From Peribolospora baueri (Eukaryota), in NCBI GenBank assembly GCA_029717555.1, contig JAMDHS010000090.1, positions 1 through 64,000 of the forward strand: 64,000 nt of DNA, written 5' to 3'. Shown piece after piece: positions 38,722-51,194 of this stretch (the stretch's first letter is position 1; every line of letters starts with the position of its first letter). The notes beneath the pieces are model-generated. The model saw nothing but the letters and a program-made list of their open reading frames with translations, was not told the origin of the DNA and did no database searches. Both the position numbers and the translations under genes were made by a program.

Positions 38722-41700
38722 CCTCGCCTTCTCTATCCCTGTCGTTCATTGCGTGCTCGATCCGGAGCGGTTTTTTACGGTTCTTTTTAGTTTAGACTGG
38801 CGCGATCCGGCCACTCGTGTGCGTGTGCGCGCGATGATGCAATACACTCCCCTTCCTCCGCGACTCGCGGTCCTTTGCTTTGCTTTGCTTTGCTTTGCTC
38901 ATCCCCGCTTGCGGTCCTGTGAACGCGACGGGTTTCGACGAAGGTCGTCCGGCTTGACACACGGACGACGACGCAAGACGGACTGCTTCGGCCGTTGCGT
39001 CGCGAGCGTGTGAGGATTGGAGATGGGACGGATGGATGGATGGATGGATTCAAGCGGCTCCCCTCGTCGCCCGGTCGAGCGAAAACGATGGAGAGTCTAG
39101 ATAGCCGAGTCTCCTTTCTGAGTCTCCTTTCTACCCTTCCTCCGACTTTAGCTCTGGCTCGCACTTCCACTTGGACTCCGACTCCGATTCGGACGCCGAA
39201 CTCTGACCCTGACTACCTAGAGCGGTGATGACGACGGACCTCGTACACGGACCGACGGACAGAATGGAATGGAATGGATTGGGGGAGACCGGACGGCGGT
39301 AGGACGACGAGACGAGGGGCCGGGAGTTTTGTAGGCAGCGGGCGGTCGCGGTGTGTGTGGGCGGGGAGACCGGTGGATCTTAGATAGCGAGGGGCGGTGG
39401 ATGGAGGTGGAAGAGGGAGGGCGAAGCTGATGCTGGGGTGCCATCAAGCAAGGGTTGGACGGCACTCTGGAGGGGACGGGGGGAAGAGAGAAGAGAGAGA
39501 GAGGGGAGGCGTCGTCGTCGGCACGAATGATGCCGGGAGGGAACGAGGGAGAAGAGAAGTGGTTGGCGTTGGCGAGAAGAAGGGCAGCGCAGGTCGAAGA
39601 TACGAGAAAGAAAGAAAGAAAGAAAGAAAGACAAAAGAGACGAGGGACGACAGCGACAGACACGGTGAGCAGCACATGTTCTTCTTCCCTGTCCCCGACG
39701 TGCCCCCATCCATCATCTATCGGTGGACGGACGGCCGATGTCGGCGAGGCCCGCATCCCCAACCGTGGATTCTGGGACAGATGGGGTGAGATGGGGAGGG
39801 AGGGGAGCGTAGAGGCGCTGCAAAGGACGAACCATCCATCCCATCGGTCGACCCGTCCGTCCATATGGTGGGTGGGGTAAGCAGGACCGGCGGCCGCGTG
39901 TTCCTATTTGCATGGCGCATGTGCCGCATCTGGTTTCGAGGCACTGCGGGCGAGCCGAAGCGAGAGGGGGGAACGTATTCGGCCATGGAACCGTTTATTG
40001 CACTCTGGTCTGGTCCTGGTCGGGCGTACGATCTCGAGAGAACATGTATTGGATCTAGCGCGGATGGTAAGTAGGTAGGAAAGTGAGAAGAAACGTAAAA
40101 CCGGCCAGAAGGCCTGCTTGCTTCGCTTGGCTGTGACGGCGGTGGAGACAGATACGGACGGCTGTGAACCGTCGGAAAGGGAACTGTCGTTGGGGGACGA
40201 ACGGGCTGTGATGCTTGGACATGAGGTCGAGGTGAGTCCAATGGGGCGTGCGTCCTCGCGCCTCCTCGATGGGCCCTCCGTCCTACGGAGCTCGTGCCAG
40301 CCGCCGTCGGAGCGGTTTGGACGTGGTGGCCGAGAGGCAGGCATGAGTGAAGTGTTGGGTGACCTATAGCCGGTCTGGACAAGTCGCTAGCAAAGGTATG
40401 CGTCAGCTAAGACGTATCGAACCAGTCCCCCGTGCCTACGTGAACCCAAAGTACCTACGCAAGCCAGCAAGCAGGGTCATGGTCTGGCCATTGCTGCTAT
40501 CGACGGCGACTGCCGACAACAATCAATCAAGAGCTCAAGCGTCAGCCGACGACAAACCGATCAGGATCAGTCCACAGACGGAGACGCAGGCGGCAGGCCG
40601 AACGGGCGGCTGAGCGAAGGAAGGAAGGAAAGGAACAGAAGAGAGAAGAGAAGAGTATAGGGACGAAAGCGGGGCTCCTACACCGGGACGTGTGAGGGCT
40701 CGGAGCGGATTCGACGAAGCTGCCGACTACGAACGTACGTACTTAAATGTTGTCGGGCCGTCGTAAGAAGGCAGGACGGTCACGTGATTGAGCTGGGGCT
40801 GCGGCTGCTCGCTATCAGAAGGCTGGCTGGGGCGAAGCCGAGGTGGGGAAGGAAGCAGTTGTTAGTTAGGCCAGGGAAGCTCGATCTACGCTCTGTCGCC
40901 GCTCTTTTCTGAGCGGGCGACGAGGGAGGACGCGGAGGGCGTTCATGGGACGTCGTCGCCGGACACTTTGGAAGCGGGCTTTGGTTGCAATAGTAACGCG
41001 GTAGGACGTACGCCGAGCAAGGGAATGGATATGAACAGCGCGTTCAGTTCACTTCCCTTCCCTTCAGCCTCGCCTGCGCCACCATCCATCTTCGGTCGAC
41101 CCGGGCGCGGGACGACGCCGACGGGCGCAAGCCGGAGCGAGCTGCGCTGCGACGTCCGTCCTGGACAGAGCAACCGCCGACGCCAACGACTGACTCGGGT
41201 CCGAAGCAACGACCCGTGCGGCGACCGGTTGGAGGGCCAGGTCGTCTTGCTTTCTCATCTCGAGGTGTCCTTTCCGAGTGGGATTGGCGTGCATCCCACG
41301 ACGGTATCTACCGGTGACGTATGCGGCTCCCCGTCATCGTCATCGTCATCCCGTCGTCATCGCCCAACTCAGCGCGGACGAGTGGGGGGGGTTGAAAGCA
41401 AGCCAAGAAAACGTGTTAACAAGACCGTCTTCCTTAGCCCTCCCTCTCCTTCGTTCGGCGCGGCGCGGCTGCAAATGCTCGGCTCGGTCTGGCGTGCCTC
41501 GGCTCGGGTCTTCCGCTGGCTGGCCTTGGCTGGCCTGGGCTGGAGGTAGGCTGGGTGGGGCTTGGATCGACGCTCGACCACGGCGCACAGACAGGCAAGA
41601 CGCAAGCGGGCGAGGGAGGGAGGCGAATGAATGTCTGCTCGGCTCACCTCGCTGTCGGGCCGGACTGGACTGGAAGACGTCGGTGGTCGTCCTTCTCCAC

Positions 41701-42867
41701 AGGGATGGATGAGATGCATCGCGCAGCACTGTGCGTGTTTTTTTCTGCGCCGACTTGGAGTGTGACGGTAACGATGGGTGGGTGGAGAAGGGCGGGCGCC
41801 TACGTTGGTCGTAAGGGAGGAAGGGGATAGATAGCACGAACGAACGAACGAACGAACGAACGGGTCGATCCTATCCGTCCATCCGCCCATCCCATCCATT
41901 TGTCCATCCTTGTCCATGTGTACATAACATAGATAGGCAGCTGCGTGCAACGTTTGGGATTGGAATTGGAATTGGGATGGGATCGCACAGGATATCGCGT
42001 CGGATGGGATCGCATCCGCCAAGACGGCTGGCTGGCTGGAGGTGAACGAACGGACTCAAAAGGCGTTCCCGCATCGCATCGCATCGCATCACCATCGCAT
42101 TCGCATCCCCGCCTCTTTCCTTCTTTCTTCGTTCTTTTCGCTCTTAATGCTGGGTGGTGTGCCGAGTCAAATGCGCTTACGGCAACTAGTTCATCCATCC
42201 AAGTCTCCCTCTCGTGTGTCTGTCTGTCTGTGGTGGCACTCGACAGCCTAGTCCTAGTCGTCCTTCCTTCCTCCCTTCCTTACCACCGAGGCTGGACCGG
42301 ATCGTCAAGTCAAGTCGAGTCGCCCGCTCTACTAGCCGTCGCGTAGAAGTTCTTCCCATTTCTGTTTTCTGTTTTCTGTTTTCTGTTTCCTGTTTCCTTG
42401 CCCTGCCTCGCTCGTCCGCTCTCTCTCTCGCTCGCTCGCTCTCCACACTGACGCCCTCTCTTGGCGTCCGGTGCGTGACTGCGATGGGAGTGCGAATGAA
42501 CTGACTGACGTGACGTGATGGTCGGGATGGATGAATGAATGCGCTGGAGGATGATATGATGGAAGTCAGAGACTGAGCGTCAGTGCGACTGTGACTGTGA
42601 CTGTGACTGACTGACGGAACACGGTTCGGCCCGCCAGACCCTTCTCGGCCCTTCCTTCGCTCGGCCTCCGTTCGTTGGCCCCGACCTCCGTCCTTCCCTC
42701 CTTCCCCTTAGCCGCCCCTCGCCGGCTTGAAATAGACCGACCGCCCACTGACTGCCCGGCGACGGATCCCTCTTCCCGACACCATCACCATCTCCATCAC
42801 CATCTCCATCTCCATCTCCTACTCCTACTCCTACCACCTTTTCGTCTCTCCCCCACCCCATCACAAC

Positions 42868-43819
42868 ATGAAGTTTGCTTTCACCCCCCTCGCCTTCGCC
42901 TCCCTCCTCGCAGCCCTCCAGGGCGCAAAGGCTATCATCATCAACTCCCCCCCGGCCCTCGTACAGTGTCAGCCTGCCGCGCTCATGTGGAGCGGTGGCG
43001 CTGGTGGTACCGTCTTCTTGAGGTCAGTCCCTCCCGACGTCCCTCTGATACGTCTCCATGGATGGCTTGGCATGCTGGCGGTGGACAGACGGACGGCTGA
43101 TCACCTCATCCTCTAACCCCCTCACAGCGTCCTCCCCGGCGGCCAGACCGGCGCCGCGCCCCTCGAGGCCCTCCCGAACCAGAGCGGCGCCACTGGCTCC
43201 TACACCTGGACCGTCAACATCGCCGCCGGCACCCAGGTCACCCTCGAGGTGTGTATGCGGTCGCCTTGGCAGCACCCCAGCCGTGAATGGGCCGTGTGAT
43301 CTTGGATCGAATCCGCATCGCTCATCCCGTCCTTCCCATCCACCCCACAGGTGAACGACTCGGCCGGTGTGCCCAACTACTCCGGCATCGTCACCATCCA
43401 GCCCAGCTCCGACACCTCGTGCCTCGGCGCCTCGCCCAGCGGCGGTGCCGCGAGCTCGAGCGCTCCCGCCTCTAGCAGCGCTTCCACCCCGGCCAGCTCC
43501 AGCCATGCCGCCTCCTCCTCCGCCGCCACCTCTTCCTCGGCTTCGCACTCCTCCGCCGCTGCTTCCTCCTCGTCCAGCGCCGCGAGCAGCACGCACGCCA
43601 CGTGAGTAGCCGTCCTACGTTCCTCATTGAGTCGCTCGCAGACAGTTGACTGTTCATCAACTCCTTTTCCCCAGCGTCCTCTCCTCGGCCGCTTCCTCTC
43701 CTACCGCCAGCGCCTCCTCTAACTCGGGCGCCTCTGCCATCCTCGGCTTCCCCTCCGTCGCCGCCATGGGCGCCGCCGCTCTCGCTGGTCTCGCCGGCGC
43801 GATCGCCGTCTTCGCTTAA
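42868..43819 (+). CDS. Secreted Ser/Ala-rich, probably GPI-anchored cell-surface protein of a basidiomycete-type family
   Basis: Signal peptide MKFAFTPLAFASLLAALQGAKA; small domain INSPPALVQCQPAALMWSGG...SYTWTVNIAAGT...YSGIVTIQPSSDTSCL; S/A-rich stalk; hydrophobic tail NSGASAILGFPSVAAMGAAALAGLAGAIAVFA*. Four exons, strong C-ending codon bias. Confidence 0.85.
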
Positions 43820-44339
43820 TCGTCCGACCGCCTCGTCTTTCTGACCGTCGATTGGCAGCCCTTCGTCATCGTCCGGCTGGCCTGTGCCACCACCGCTGCC
43901 ATTTCGTCTTCCCGTCCGTCCTTCCGTCTACTAATCCGCCGATCGATCGCAAATTACGTTCTCTCATGTGCTGTTTTGGGATACTTACCCAGTCCCCCGC
44001 TTTCCCCCTGACCACTCTTGGAATGCTTTTTCTGTTTCTGTCTTTTTAGTCACCACCGCCTTCCTTTTCACGATTTTCTTTCTTCGCGTCGCCCACTGTC
44101 GGCGCTCTCGCCCGTCTCTACCGCCTTTATTCCACCCCCACCCCTGTCATAGGCCGTCCTCGCTCCTTCATCCTTCGCCCGTTCTTCTTTCGCCCTTTTA
44201 CCGATTTGAATGTCATCACGTCCCTCTTTCGACCGAGTCCGTCTGTCGGCGAGCCGAGCCGCCATCCATCTCCGCCTCGGCAGCGAGGCGAGGCGAGGTA
44301 CCGCGCGCATGCATGCTCCTGTCCAAAAGTCGCACGCAT

Positions 44340-45200
44340 GAGCGGCCCTACTAAATGAACGAGCGAGAAGGAAGGAAGGCAGGAATGACTGACTGACTGA
44401 CTGATTGACTGACTGACGGAATGACTGGATATCATGCCCCCCCTCAACCCTGTCCATCTACCCATCCCATCTCCATTCCACCCCATCCCATCCATCCTAG
44501 CACACACGGACCAGAGACAAAGAAGCCAAGCCAAGTGTTAAGAATCCCAGCCGGTGCATACATATAAACTTCTGGGATTGGTTTGGTTAATTAGTTGGCT
44601 GGCTAGCCAGACTTGGACCCGAAAGTGGCCTTTTTCCTTTTTCCTTTTTTTTTTGTGCCGGCCTATCTAATATAAGATGGATTGTGTTTCTCTCAGACTT
44701 GAATCAATTCTGATACCAGCCAGGACAGGACAGGACGGGCCGAGATGAAATGGAGGTAGGCACAAGTCAAGGCCAGGTCAGGATGAGCCCGAGTCAAATG
44801 AGCCAAGCCAAGCCAAGCCCCCGCCCCCCCCAGTCGAGTTACATACGCCACGCCAAGGTCAAACAAACCCCCAACCAAGTCGAACCGAACCGGACCGGAC
44901 CGAGACAAGCCAAAGTCAAAGCCAAGCCAAAGCCACAAGTCGGAAAAGTCAAAGTCGAGGCCCAAGTCAGGATCCGACACCAAAAAAGAAGTCAGGTTCA
45001 GGCCGAGAAGAGAAGAGAAGAGAAGAGAGAGAGGTCGTCCATTTCGCAACAAGAAGAGCTCGGGGTCAGCCAAAGCCAGAAGAGAAGAGAAGAGAAGAGA
45101 AGAGCGGAGCTTAGGCAAAGACGAGACGAGACGAGACGAGACGAGCAAACAAACGAACGAACGAAATAAATAAATAAACAAACAAACAGACAGACAAACC
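44340..45200. repeat. Compound microsatellite / simple-sequence tract
   Basis: Runs of GACT, CCAT, CCAAG, GAGAA, ACGAG, AAAT, AAAC and degenerate CAAGTC units. Confidence 0.8.
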
Positions 45201-45968
45201 GCATCGGCCCAGCCCGCCTCGCTCCTCCTTCCGTTTCTTCGTCGCCCAAGCCCGTCTCCGTAACCCCTCCCCCCCCGTCTGTCCGGACGTGTCCCGTCGC
45301 ACGGGCGAAGACAAGCACCGCTCGCCGTCCTTCCGTCCGTCCGATCGACCTAACTCGACCGGACAGATGAGATCCGGTCCGACCCGATTAAATCCCCGGC
45401 AGGACTGCCTGCCGGCTGGCCGGACCGGCCGCTCGGTCGGTCGGTGGGTCGGTCGGCATAGATAGAGAGATAGATAAAGAAGATAGATACGTAGATACAG
45501 TGGACGGGACGGTTCAAAATGCCGATCCCGACCCAGTTCGTTTCTCTCCGTCGGCGTCGGCCCGTCGCGTCCCGTCCCGCCCCGTCGCTCCCCACCGGCG
45601 TATCATACGTGTTCAAAACGCCGGCTCGGCTCGGCTCCTTTCTTTTCTATTCTATTTTTTTTTGGTTCGCCGTCGTTCTCGGCGTTTATAATAATCATAA
45701 TCGACCATTCCCTTGTCGGGTCGGCACGAAGCGGGTAGGCGGCGAGCAAGCTCTGTGAGCCAGTGAAGAAGCAAGATAGGAGGAGGGAAAAGCGATGGGG
45801 GACTAGCCCAGGCGCCTAAACTTTGCCGACGCGGGCAGAAGAAATGGAAAAGGGGAGAAGAAGGGCAGGAAGAGGACAGGAGGGAAAGGAGACGACGGGC
45901 TTGATGGGAAGATAGTCTACTGCGTACCGTGTCAGAGCTGGAGCTGAGAGCAAAGAGAAGGCGGGCGC

Positions 45969-48491
45969 TCATTCCCGAGAGACGTCACGGCCAAAGATCT
46001 TGACCTTGACCCACTGTGGAAGAGACGGGCAAGACAAGAGAGAAATTGAGTGAATCCCGTCATGCTGGACCTCGCTGACCCGGAAGCCAAGGCAGGCAAT
46101 CGCACTCACGTCGGCAATGACGAGCGTCCGGTTGCGGAGCGAGTAGAGCGTGGAGATGTAGGCCGATCGCCAGAAGAGGTAGGTCGCCACGCCGCCGGTT
46201 GCGACGTTGCCCTAAGGGATACGTTAAAGGACGAGAAGCCCAAAGTCAGAAGACCAGAAGGAAAGCAAAGCAGAAAACGATGACCACGGCAGCGGACGAC
46301 TCACATGAAAGAACGGCAAATCGGCGATGGCCTTCTCGCTGCCGATGTAAGCCAAGCTACCCTGGTGAGAGTAGTGGAAGGGGCGGACCTTGCTAGCCTT
46401 GTTCAGCTGCTTGACGAGCGACTCGAGCCTCTTGGCCCGAGCCTCCTCCGTCTCCCCCTCCGCCCACGGAGCGACCCTGGCCTCCTCCAGAGCGCGCTCC
46501 AGCTTTTCCTTTTTCGCCATCTGTCCAAAGACGCGCGCCAGGTACGCGCCCTGCTGAGACGCAGCCTGGGCGGTAGGGGCGAACTGCGTGGCCGTCGCGT
46601 CGCCGAGGGCAAAGATAGAATCCTCCGCGCCCAGCAGGCGGAGGTAGTCGTCCACGAGCAGGCCGCGCCTGACGTTCTGCTTCTCCGACAACGTCGCCAT
46701 GAGCTGGCGCGTGATCGGACGCTGGGTGTTGCCGGTGGCCCAGACGAGCTGGGTGCGCGAAGGACGGAAACGGTAGATGACGTTAGGGCAAGCCGGGCCT
46801 TTGGAAACGGACAGCTTAGCTCACCAAGCCGTAAGGAATTTCGACCATGTTCTTCTTGTCATCCTGCACGACGAGGTGGTCCTTGTGCACGCCCTTGACC
46901 ATATGCTTGGTGAGGATATCGATCTCGTTCTCCTTGAAAGTGCTCTCTGTGTACTGGATGAGCTGCTTGGAGAAAGAAGGAAGGACGTTGGGAAGCGCCT
47001 CGATCAACGTGATCTTGAGCTTGTTGGCAATCTCTGTAGACGGAAAATGGACTCGATCAACGTCAGCGCGAACTGCGACGTCGGAAGGGAATGTGTGCGC
47101 ACACGATCGCCTAGTCAAGAGCGAGCGCAGGGAGCAAGAGCTCACCGGGGTACCACTTCTGAAGGTCGTCCACCAAGAAGTCGTGCAGCTCGCCGGCATA
47201 CTCGATACCCGTCGGGCCTCCGCCAACGACGACCATGTGCAGCAGACGGTTAACGTCCTCCTCCGACTGGTCCTTCAGCGCAGCGGTCTCGACGCTGTTC
47301 AAGCGCGTACGTGCGGTGATCCAGGAAGACAAAGGCTAAGCCATCCATGTCCCAATAAACAAAGGTCCGTCTCAAAGCGCACTACTCACCAATCCATGAG
47401 CGTCTTCCGGACCTTCTCAGCGTCCCAAAGTTCCTTGAGATAGCACGCGTGCTCCTTCACGCCGGGAATGCCGAACGTCTGGGTCTCTGCGCCGACGGCG
47501 AAGACGAGATAGTCGTAGGGAATCGTGAGCTTCGCGTTGGAGGAGACGACCTCGGACTTGTCTGAGTAAGAAAAGGAATCAGAATGGGGAAAACTCGTCA
47601 TCGCCCAGCTCTCAATTCACTCCAATCGACTCGCAGGAAGACAGGCCGCAAAGACAGGTCCGCGGGAACACGCACCTTCGAACGTGACGGTCTTGTTCTT
47701 GGTGTCGATATCCTCCGCCTCTGCCTCGTACACCTGCACATAGCGCCTCTTGAACCGGGCCAAGAAGCGGGTGGGCTGGATGATAGATCGGCTGTCGAGG
47801 GTGCCGACCGTGACGGAGGGCAAGAGGGGCGTGAAGAGGAAGTAGTTGCGCGGGGAGACGACGACCACCTGAGGGGCAAACAAGACAGGGGGTGCGACGT
47901 CAACGTGGGGCCATAGCGCTGCACGATTCGAACGGCGAAGAACCTCCAACTCACATTGTAGTCCTCCGTATCGAGGTTCTTCAACAGGCTAGTGGCGCCC
48001 CACCCGCTACCGAGGACGACAACGGTCTTCTTCGACGGGTCCACGGGCAACTGATCCGGCGGGTGATTGCCCTCATAGACGCAGTACCCGAACACTCCAA
48101 AGCCCACAAGTGTCGTACCGGCGGCGAGACGGAAAAGGCCGCGGAAAAAGCCGCGGCGTCGTCGGGGAGGCTTGCCGGAGGGCGGAGGACTGTTTCCGGC
48201 GCCCGCTCCGGTGGCGGCAGCTGCAGCCTTCCCGATGCCAACCTCGGCAGGCGACGGCGGTTCTCGAGGGATCTGTGCGCCTGGGTTGCCAGCCACGCCT
48301 GCGAGCGCCTCTGGAGCGGGCGAAGTGGCAGATGGAGTGATGGGCGTGCCCGACGGGGCGCGTGTACTAGAGGGAGTGTTGGTCACGGAGCGAATGGCCA
48401 CCGGCACTCGTCGTGTGACCGCGAATGGAGAAGGAGGGACGGGGAGCAGGGAGGCCCGCCGGCAAGCAAGGCGAGCGAGCGTGGCCGACAT
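45969..48491 (-). CDS. NDE1: Type II (alternative, external-type) mitochondrial NADH:ubiquinone oxidoreductase
   Basis: Presequence, [95 protein letters not shown]...FGRDVSRE*. The NDE versus NDI assignment is tentative. Confidence 0.92.
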
Positions 48492-49375
48492 GACGACGGG
48501 CGACAAGCAGACGCGAACAAGGCGGATGGGTTTGGAGAGGAAAGCGGCGGAACTGCCCTGGATCTATGCAGGGCTTGGTGCTGCGATGCAAAGAGCGAAA
48601 AAGTGGAAGAGCGAAAAAAAAAAAAAAGAAAAGAAAGAAAGAAAGCCGGTAAGAGCATGTATGAAACGAACAAAGTTAGTGCCTGTCGATCCGGTTGGCC
48701 GGGCCTTGGCGCAAGTGCGCTGTACAGGGAAGTAGAGATTGCCGAGAGAGATAGCGTTCCCAGGAGCGAGAATGGGCGGCATCCATTCATCTCATTCGGT
48801 TGACGCAGCCCGACAAGCACTCGCTCGGTCTGCATCAGGGCCCTCTCTGTGTCACAGCCTCAAGATAAACGCATACTCACGAGTACTGGTGATGGACCTC
48901 AGGCCGAGATGGCGTGACAAAGGTAGGTGAGGTGCAGAATGCGATCGCGGGGCGCAGAAGAAGGCAGGAAGACGGAAAGGAGCGAGTTGGGACGGTGTGG
49001 GACGAAGAAGAAGAAAAGAGGGGCCTCGAGGAAAAGAGAGAAGAGGCCTTTTGAGAGGACGAACGAGTCTCGTACTGATTAATTCTCGCCCCCTCCTGGC
49101 CGACGCCGAGCTCGGCGACCTCGCACAGAATCCATGACGTCCGCTAGTTATCGATTTTTCGATCAACCCGCCTCGAGCCGATGCACGTGTGCCCGACGTT
49201 TGCTCCCACGGTCACGTGCCCTTATGTCAGCGTGCGGTCAGCTGGTAACCGGGACGACGTCGCCGAGGAGGGCGAGGGCGATCGATGGACGAGCCGGGGA
49301 AGGTGTGAACGTGAACGTGAACGTGAACGACCGTCCGGATACAGCATGCCCGCTCCGGTCTAGCTTGCCTGTTGC

Positions 49376-50767
49376 ATGCTCTGCCTCTTGCGACGACACT
49401 TATTCGCCCCACGTCGTCTCCTTGCCGCCGGGTACACATCCTCATATAGCCATTGCTCACCCTCCTCGTCTTTCGTCGTCCCATCTCGCCTCCACTCCCC
49501 CCTCCCCGAACCTCGCTTGCCTTTGGCACTTTTCGCAAGACCGTTGTCCACCATGTCCGAGAAAGAGAAGACCAGCTTTTACGAACTTTCTGTGAGCGTC
49601 TGATCTCCTTTTCTATCCAGCAGATCGAGCTGAGTCGTGATCCGCGTCCTGACACGAACGCACCATCCGTGAAAAAAGGCCACGACCGGCAAGGGCAAGG
49701 AGTACCCGTTCAAGGAGCTCGAAGGCAAGGTGGTGCTCGTCGTCAACACCGCCAGCAAGTGCAGCTTCACACCTCGTGCGTCTTCAGAATCCTTTTTGAT
49801 CTACAAGTTGCCCTCGCCGTTCTCTGACACACCCATGCGCGCCCTCTCCCTTCCCGCAGAGTTTGACGAACTGGAGAAGCTGTACCAAGAGTACAAGGAC
49901 AAGGGCCTCGTCGTGCTCGGCTTCCCCTGCAACCAGTTTTCCAGTCAGGATCCGGGGAACGACGAGGAGATCGGCAGCTTCTGTCAGTTGAATTACGGCG
50001 TCAGCTTTACAATGATGAAAAAGGTGGGTTAGCGGTGAACGAAGGCGGGTAGAAGCTCGGCCACTGTGGTGAGATGGCGGGGCTGGGAGGGGAGTCAGAG
50101 CATGCACGGACTGTTATGCAGCTCGCCGCGTCGGGTCGCTGACATTTCGACTTTACGTCTTCTCATAAATTTCCCCGCAGTCCGACGTGAACGGCGCAAA
50201 CACGAACGAGGTGTTCAAGTGGCTCAAGAAGGAAAAGGGCGGGTTCTTGGGCACTCAGGCTATCAGTGGGTGTCTTATTTATTCTTCTGCCGGAGGTGCC
50301 GATGCCATGACTTCATAGAGGCCCCTGTACCATTCGTGGCCTGCGTTGTTTCTTGGGTTATATCTGACCTCTGCTCCCTTTTTCTGCTCCTCTTCATCAA
50401 GAGTGGAACGTGAGTTTCGATAAGTGATTCCCTTCATGCCTCTGCATGAAGGAGGCGGTAACCCGATCGCAGGCCCTGATTCGTTCGTGTCTGCCCCTTG
50501 TCTTATTACGCAGTTCACCAAGTTCCTCGTTGACAAGAAAGGCAACGTCGTGGAGCGGTGAGTTTGAGATGGACCACAGGGCGCAGGGCATTCCTTCTCA
50601 CCGGGCCCATTGTCATTTCCTCGTTCCGACCATTTTCCGGTCACCATGCTGATTGCTCCGCTTGACGCGCGCGTCTCTATCGACTCCGTCTCAGTGCCTC
50701 GCCGAACACAAAGCCTTTCTCGCTCAAGTCCAAGATCGAGGAGCTGCTCGCCGCTCCGGCGTCCTGA
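49376..50767 (+). CDS. Cys-type glutathione peroxidase (Hyr1/Gpx3-like), with two in-frame starts (49376 and 49553)
   Basis: [43 protein letters not shown]. The catalytic residue is TGC (Cys). 8-nt microexon at 50402-50409. Confidence 0.93.
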
Positions 50768-51194
50768 GACACCCTGCCTGGCTGACCGGGTCGATAGAGC
50801 GAGCGACCCTGTGTTGCGTTTCATTCCATATTTCTCGGCTGCTCCCGTATATCGCGTCGTCTCGTGTGCCGTGATCTGTTTTAGCTCGCCCTGGGGGCCG
50901 CTGTGACTGTTGATACCGCAATTCATTTCCTTGCTCGAGCGTGGTGGAACGGGCTTCTGTTTGCCTCTCCATGTCGGAGGCATCCTGTGCTATGAAGTTA
51001 CTCCGGTAGTCCGGACCGCGAGGAGCCGGCCGCCGATCACGAACCCCACAAACGCGCAACGCATGACGCACGCGCTCCTTTTGTTCCCAATCACCATCTC
51101 TTTGGTCGCCAACCGTCGACGACTCTCTCTTCGACGTCTCGCTCCTCAAACGCTCGCTGCATTCCTTCGTACTCCCGCATAGCCATCCGTCGAC

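Noticed and set aside
43981..43990. ATACTTACC resembling the U1 snRNA 5' end
   Set aside because: Continues CAG rather than TGG, no U1 stem-loops or Sm site are evident, and it lies in a 3'UTR.
44693..45181. 139-162 aa ORFs in the repeat tract
   Set aside because: Explained by microsatellite composition lacking stop codons.
49760..49762. Possible selenocysteine in GPX
   Set aside because: The active-site codon is TGC (Cys), not TGA.
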